From Gammaproteobacteria bacterium (lineage in GTDB: Bacteria; Pseudomonadota; Gammaproteobacteria; Eutrophobiales; Eutrophobiaceae), in the NCBI GenBank assembly GCA_965243105.1, contig CBDEUC010000001.1, forward strand, positions 346,093 through 410,092: a DNA stretch of 64,000 bases. The letters are read 5' to 3'. Of the stretch, positions 59,116 to 64,000 are shown one piece after another. The notes under the pieces are model-generated. The model searched no databases and had not been told where the DNA came from. It worked only from the letters and a program-made list of their open reading frames with translations. The translations under genes and the position numbers were made by a program. How positions within the stretch are numbered: the first letter of the stretch is position 1; every line of letters begins with the position of its first letter.

Positions 59116-60018
59116 TTAAATTTCATGGGCAAAGGTAACGATCTCTGTTGGCGATTCGTTAAACGCTTTCCCCAGGCTTATCTGTCCACGGCCCTGTAGC
59201 GGCATTTCTTCCCGTCTTAAAAATTCCTCGTCGGAATTTTCAATCAGCACGTGCGTTCCGTTAGTGCTCTGGTCAATGATAAAAAACTTGTCCCGGCGTA
59301 GCTCGATACGAACGTGCTGGCGTGATGCCATCTTTTCATTGACAGGCAGGTCACATGCGTTGCTTCGACCCATCATCAGGCCGGATCGTGCTTTGTCCAT
59401 GACAATGTCCTGGCCGTTGTAACTCACGCGCAGTTTTACTTCCGGTTTCATGTCTTCTTCCATGAGACCGGTTGCCATGCGAGTGACGTCTTCTTCCTGC
59501 CAGATAATTTCGTAGATCTCGATCTCTTCCTGCTTACCCTTGATAGGCGCGCGGTCTACAAAGCGGGTGGCAGCGCGCAGCATCGGCGCAAGAAGATCAA
59601 CGCTTGATTGCGTGGTGATAATTTGTCCGCCCTTGGCCTGGGCTGCCATTCGGGCTGCAACGTTTACAGCATCACCAAACACATCGCCGCCTTCCATGAT
59701 GGCCGGACCAAAATGAAAACCGACGCGAATTTGGAGCTTGATGGAATCACTGACACCCTCGGTGATGTCTTCCTCGAGTTCTTCATGCATTTCCATCGCA
59801 GCGTTGGCTGCATCATCGGCGGTGGGGAAGGTGCACATGATTTCGTCACCGATGGTTTTGATCACCGTGCCGCTGTGATTTTTCGTTACCCCGGTCAGCG
59901 TATCGAGACATTCTGATACCTTCACCCTGGCGGTAGCATCACCCAGTGTTTCAAACAGGCGTGTGCTGCCGCTCACATCGGCGAAAAGGATTGCAAGGTT
60001 GGTTGTTTTTGGCGCCAT
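59116..60018 (-). CDS. Class III adenylate/guanylate cyclase with C-terminal FHA domain
   Basis: FADVSGST, IKTIGDEIM, RVGFH.G, DVFGDAVNVAARM; FHA: MGRS..CDL, SRQH, DQSTNGT. Confidence 0.95.
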   Translation of the reverse strand: MAPKTTNLAILFADVSGSTRLFETLGDATARVKVSECLDTLTGVTKNHSGTVIKTIGDEIMCTFPTADDAANAAMEMHEELEEDITEGVSDSIKLQIRVGFHFGPAIMEGGDVFGDAVNVAARMAAQAKGGQIITTQSSVDLLAPMLRAATRFVDRAPIKGKQEEIEIYEIIWQEEDVTRMATGLMEEDMKPEVKLRVSYNGQDIVMDKARSGLMMGRSNACDLPVNEKMASRQHVRIELRRDKFFIIDQSTNGTHVLIENSDEEFLRREEMPLQGRGQISLGKAFNESPTEIVTFAHEI

Positions 60019-60361
60019 TTAAGTACTTGTTTTCCCAGACAAATTTTTCAATTTTTGTAGTATACCGGGATGTTGGAACCCGCTTTTCACCCCGTATGTT
60101 CGCTGTTGCCGCACATGGACGAAATCACTTGTAACGCAGGCTTCGCCCCTCGCACAAACGACGGCTAGGCAATCATAGCTGTTATACTTTCTTTAGTCAT
60201 CATCATATTCCATTATTCTTTAAGGTAAAAACCCTGCTCAGGACGGCCCGAGTGGAGGAAACCGCCCGCCACTTGCAATCACCCTTGCTATGGCTGGTAT
60301 GATACCGGTCCCTGGTGTATAACCCCATGATCATTCATATTTTTTGTGACATTCAACCACT

Positions 60362-61390
60362 ATGAAAAACATTAGCCACGTCGTATTGCTGTCATTTCTC
60401 GCCATCCTGCTTGCCCTGCCAGCGCACGCGGTGTCAATCCGTAGCCTGCTGGGGCTTGATGATGAGGAAGAGGCCGCAGAGGAAACCCAGCAGCAAGCGG
60501 CAAAAAAAGAAGCGGCCGCGGCGCCGTCAAAGACCAGCAACAACTGGGCACAATCAAAACAACCCGGGGTCGACCTGGACCTGGTCAAGCGCCTGCTGCT
60601 CAACCTTGAACCGGGAAAAGGGCGTGAGATCATCGCCAACGAAGAGGCCTTTGCCCAGTTTGTTCGGCAGGAGGTAAATAATTACTCGGTGCTATCTGCT
60701 GCCCGGGCCAACAAGCTTGATGAAGATGCGAACACCAACTTTCTCATGCAACGCGGTGCCGAGAATATCCTGCGCGAGATTTACCTGAATCGCCTTATCC
60801 GTGAAAAGTTGCCAAAAGATTTTCCGAGCCAGGAACAGGTAAAGGAATACTACGACAAGAACAAGGACAAGCTGGTGACACCGGAACGCGTGCATGTGTG
60901 GCAGGTGTTCTGGCCGGTGACTGATGACATGGATGAAAAGGCCGTGGCTGCACTTAACAAGAAAGCCAATGATATTGCCGATCAAATTCGCAAGAACAAG
61001 CTCAGCTTCAGTGATGCTGCGGCAAAGCATTCAAAGCACCGGCAAAGTAATTCCAATGGCGGTTACATGGGCCTGATCAATTCGTCGGATCTGAAACCGG
61101 AGATCAAGAAATCCATTCTTGAACTGGGCGAAGGAAAAATCAGCAAGGCATTGACGACGGAAACGGGTATTCATGTCGTCAAGCGTGGTGCCATTGTTGC
61201 GCCTCGACAGATTAGCCTTGAAGAAGGTGAAGTACAGGTGAGAAACCTGCTTGTGAACCAGGTACGGGCGCAGTTGCGCAAGGCTATCTATGAGCAGGCT
61301 GCAAAAACCTATCCACTTGAAATTTCCGATAACAAGATTGAAGAGTGGCGCCTGCGTTTAAAAACCAACGTTGATGCGCCGAAGAAATAA
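60362..61390 (+). CDS. Exported PpiC/parvulin-type peptidyl-prolyl isomerase
   Basis: Signal peptide; F.DAA.KHS...S..NGG.MG, G.IS....T..G.HVVK. Confidence 0.85.
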   Translation: MKNISHVVLLSFLAILLALPAHAVSIRSLLGLDDEEEAAEETQQQAAKKEAAAAPSKTSNNWAQSKQPGVDLDLVKRLLLNLEPGKGREIIANEEAFAQFVRQEVNNYSVLSAARANKLDEDANTNFLMQRGAENILREIYLNRLIREKLPKDFPSQEQVKEYYDKNKDKLVTPERVHVWQVFWPVTDDMDEKAVAALNKKANDIADQIRKNKLSFSDAAAKHSKHRQSNSNGGYMGLINSSDLKPEIKKSILELGEGKISKALTTETGIHVVKRGAIVAPRQISLEEGEVQVRNLLVNQVRAQLRKAIYEQAAKTYPLEISDNKIEEWRLRLKTNVDAPKK

Positions 61391-61412
61391 CAGCTAAATA
61401 TAAGGCTAAACG

Positions 61413-61469
61413 CGTCCCCGGGTGTTTTGCCCGGGACGAAAAAAAACGGGGCTTGAAGCCCCGTTTTTT
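61413..61469. terminator. Bidirectional rho-independent terminator with an adjacent second hairpin
   Basis: A8-CGGGGC-TTGAA-GCCCCG-T6 at 61439-61469; CGTCCCCGGG/CCCGGGACG hairpin just upstream. Confidence 0.88.
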
Positions 61470-61489
61470 ATTTACCGGATTATGTCCTG

Positions 61490-62242
61490 TTACTTGCCGG
61501 AGATGAGGCGGTTCGCTGCTTCTTCGTCACCGCGATCAAGCAGGCACTGCCCGGTCTTGTCGATGGCAATACTGAACTTGTCCCCGTAAGACTGCATTTC
61601 GTAGGTCTTCAGCTTGGCCTTCATACCGATCGCGTAGGAAGAACCCAGCAGGCCCATGCCATCAGACTTGGCATCACCCATGATCATTTTCATCTTGTGA
61701 CGACGGCCGCGAACCTGGTCATAGGGACCCCACACTCCGGGTGCGGCAAAGGGACCACCTCCGGTCATCACATCAATGAGCATTTCTTTCGGGCTTTGCT
61801 TGTGACCAAGTGCACGAAAGTCATCGCCGCCTTCAAAGAACTGGAAGTTTTCAATGCCACATTCGTCCGTGACCGGGTAGTGATACCTGTCAAGGGAACT
61901 GGCCGAGTAGCTCTGCGGCATTTTCAGTCCGCGTGTAAACACACGTTTTTTCTCGCCACGGTTTTTTAACTCCTGGCCAATGGCGATGATGAAATCCTGG
62001 TTGCCGTAGGGGCCATCAAAAACTCTCTTTCCACCGATTGACCTGTAATCACGCTCAAACACCTGTTTTTCCCTTCTAGCGGAGACCACGACCTCTTCCA
62101 GGGTCTGGGTATTCTTGATTTTCTTGTACTCTTCATCGTCACTCGCCGCGTTGGCGATCAATGCCGGGTAGGAGGAGGAAAGTGTGATTGCTGCTAACGT
62201 TACTGCAAGCTGGATAGGACGTTTACTATTTATTTTTTTCAT
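61490..62242 (-). CDS. Hypothetical exported protein with TonB-box-like motif
   Basis: Signal peptide then LEEVVVSARRE; 250 aa, two Cys. Confidence 0.75.
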   Translation of the reverse strand: MKKINSKRPIQLAVTLAAITLSSSYPALIANAASDDEEYKKIKNTQTLEEVVVSARREKQVFERDYRSIGGKRVFDGPYGNQDFIIAIGQELKNRGEKKRVFTRGLKMPQSYSASSLDRYHYPVTDECGIENFQFFEGGDDFRALGHKQSPKEMLIDVMTGGGPFAAPGVWGPYDQVRGRRHKMKMIMGDAKSDGMGLLGSSYAIGMKAKLKTYEMQSYGDKFSIAIDKTGQCLLDRGDEEAANRLISGK

Positions 62243-62693
62243 CGTTCTAGTCTGACATTCCGTATAGCGATTTGATATTTAAATGCCCGTAGCGCCTCGA
62301 TAATAGCTTTTTTAAGCTGCCGAATGCTATCGGCAAGTTGTTCCAGCGTGCCCACCTTCATGCTCACCCCGGCGGCCGCTCAAACAGGCCCAATATTAGC
62401 GCTTGCTTAGCGCAATGACTACTAGTTACTATAGCGGCGTCTTGCGGGTTTTTTTTAGCGCACAGTCCAGGCTGTTTTTCGAGCGTTACCGGCAGCGATC
62501 CCCCCGAAAAAACTGTTCCGGAAAAACCAGCGAATTCAGGAAATAATCCCAATTTCTTCTGTTTTTACTTCCATATTTTTTCTTTGCCGTAGTATGTCCT
62601 TCCTGTTATAGTCCGACAATCGCCAAAGGTGCGTCTGCGCGTGCGCGTGGGGAAAATTGAATGTTGTGCAAAGCCGATAACTTGGTCAGCATT

Positions 62694-62706
62694 TAAGTTA
62701 TTGATA
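62694..62706 (-). promoter_or_regulatory. IHF consensus site upstream of tpsB
   Basis: Minus strand TATCAATAACTTA = exact WATCAANNNNTTR. Confidence 0.55.
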
Positions 62707-62757
62707 TTAAACGAATATTGATAAATAAAAATCGGGTTGGAAAACGTGAGGAAAATC

Positions 62758-64000
62758 ATGGGGAGGACGCTCAGTAAAGAGTGGCACTGTCTTATCGGGT
62801 CATTTTTGCTGACTTTGACATCATTGCCGGCCCTTTCCGGCCCAATAGGATTGCCCGATTCCGCCCGTCCAGGGGCGGTGCGGCCGGAAGAAGTGGGCAA
62901 GCAAATCGTCCCGCAATCACCGGATACCAAGGTTCTCGAGGTGCCGGCGGTTATCGACAGGCCTTTCGAAGTGGATGAAGGCCCCAAGGTCGCAGTGAAT
63001 TCGTTTCGAGTTCTTGGCGCCAAGGATATGCCACGTTTCGGCATCAAGGTCAGTGAAATCGATGCCATCCTTGCTGAAACCGTCGCCGCCAAGCCCGAGG
63101 GCTTTACCATCGGCCAGATGGAAGAAACCAAGGACCTTGTCACCCAGTACTATCGAGAAAGGGGCCTGATCCTGGCCCAGGCCGTGTTACCCGTTCAAAC
63201 CGTCTCGGGCGGTATCGTTGACCTGCAGGTTTATGAAGGCCTGCTTGGCCGCGTGCTGGCCGAGGGCAACGAGAGTTATTCGCGCGACATGCTCTCCGCG
63301 CCCTTCAAGCATCTCATCGGCAAGCCCGTCACCAAGGAAGAAATCGAGGCGGCGGTACTCAGCCTCACCGATTTCCCCGGCCTTAGCGTGTTTGGTGTGT
63401 TTCAACCTGGTCAGCAGGTGGGCACCGCCGATATCGTACTCAAGGTGCAGGAAGAAGATCGCTTTGACTTTGCCATGCGCACTGATAACCACGGCCTGCA
63501 AAGCACCGGCCGAATCCGTTTTCGAACTACCGTCGACTGGAACAACCCGACCGGCGGTGGCGACCGCGCCAGCGTGACTGTGCAACAGGGTTACCAGCCA
63601 AAGGGTAATACCTTTATCTCGCTCGACTACGAGCGTTACCTTGGGCGAGGCTTCAGGGCCGGCGCCTTTCTCAACAGGAACACCTTTAAGGTTGTCGACG
63701 GCCCGCTGGCTTCCCAGCGTATTACCGGTGAAACCGAGCAGATGGGTGGATGGATAGAAAAGAACTGGTTACGCAGCCGCTCCATGAACATCGGCTCACG
63801 TCTTTCCCTGGCGCGAAAAGAATCCCATGCAAAACGTCGTAACCGTTTTGTAAACCGTGACCGTCTCACGGTGCTGGCCCTTGAAACGACCTTTGACAAC
63901 GTGGATACACGCTTCAAGGGTATTAACTTTGCCACCCTCGAACTCAGTCGCGGTTTTGACGACGTGTTTGGTGCCATGGGCTCAGGCGCAACCGCAAACC
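62758..64000 (+). CDS. ShlB/FhaC/HecB family two-partner secretion transporter (TpsB), partial
   Basis: My translation from ATG 62758: signal-like N-terminus, POTRA-like ...VTQYYRERGLILAQAVLPVQTVSGGIVDLQVYEG, LTDFPGL, DNHGLQSTG; runs off the window end. Confidence 0.88.
   Translation, partial: MGRTLSKEWHCLIGSFLLTLTSLPALSGPIGLPDSARPGAVRPEEVGKQIVPQSPDTKVLEVPAVIDRPFEVDEGPKVAVNSFRVLGAKDMPRFGIKVSEIDAILAETVAAKPEGFTIGQMEETKDLVTQYYRERGLILAQAVLPVQTVSGGIVDLQVYEGLLGRVLAEGNESYSRDMLSAPFKHLIGKPVTKEEIEAAVLSLTDFPGLSVFGVFQPGQQVGTADIVLKVQEEDRFDFAMRTDNHGLQSTGRIRFRTTVDWNNPTGGGDRASVTVQQGYQPKGNTFISLDYERYLGRGFRAGAFLNRNTFKVVDGPLASQRITGETEQMGGWIEKNWLRSRSMNIGSRLSLARKESHAKRRNRFVNRDRLTVLALETTFDNVDTRFKGINFATLELSRGFDDVFGAMGSGATAN

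Noticed and set aside
53037-60018. Type VI secretion locus
   Set aside because: No tssB/C, hcp, vgrG, clpV, tssJLM in the window; only regulatory-type homologues
60345-60360. CRP site upstream of the PPIase
   Set aside because: Only the TGTGA half-site; second half is ACCAC, not TCACA
62243-62757. sigma54 promoter accompanying the IHF site
   Set aside because: No correctly spaced GG-N10-GC (TGGCAC-N5-TTGC) found on either strand by eye

Overview
Chromosomal window from a GC-moderate Gammaproteobacterium, probably an aquatic lineage (inferred from the Xanthomonadales/alphaproteobacterial-type sdh genes and the Pseudomonas-like purA-tRNA-Leu-rnr-rlmB-rpsF-rpsR-DUF2232-rplI-dnaB order). Most of it is conserved backbone: dnaX'-ybaB-recR; orn-nnr-tsaE-amiB-mutL-miaA-hfq-hflXKC-yjeT-hisZ-purA; rnr...dnaB-alr-radA; ffh; sdhCDAB with assembly factors; ubiG-gph. 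Three parts stand out. (1) A ~2.1 kb AT-rich islet at the 3' end of tRNA-Leu(CAG). It is bounded by a 23-bp direct repeat, has GGGAC arm-like repeats at both ends and no integrase. It carries only two co-oriented orphan genes: a coiled-coil/2-TM protein and a protein with a HEPN-like RxxxxH motif. This is a candidate new two-gene anti-phage system on a non-autonomous element. (2) A four-gene phosphothreonine signalling operon (adenylate cyclase-FHA fusion, PP2C phosphatase, 1486-aa membrane non-RD Ser/Thr kinase with Thr-repeat N-terminus and C-terminal FGE-sulfatase-like domain, SHOCT-like membrane partner). It resembles the T6SS PpkA/PppA/Fha/TagR circuit but has a cyclase output and no T6SS genes in view, and is flanked by MlaA, a parvulin, a TonB-box micro-protein and a two-partner-secretion TpsB. 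(3) Two families of ~100-140 bp palindromic intergenic elements plus one orphan three-way-junction structure. All assignments are from motif recognition by eye; no searches were run.
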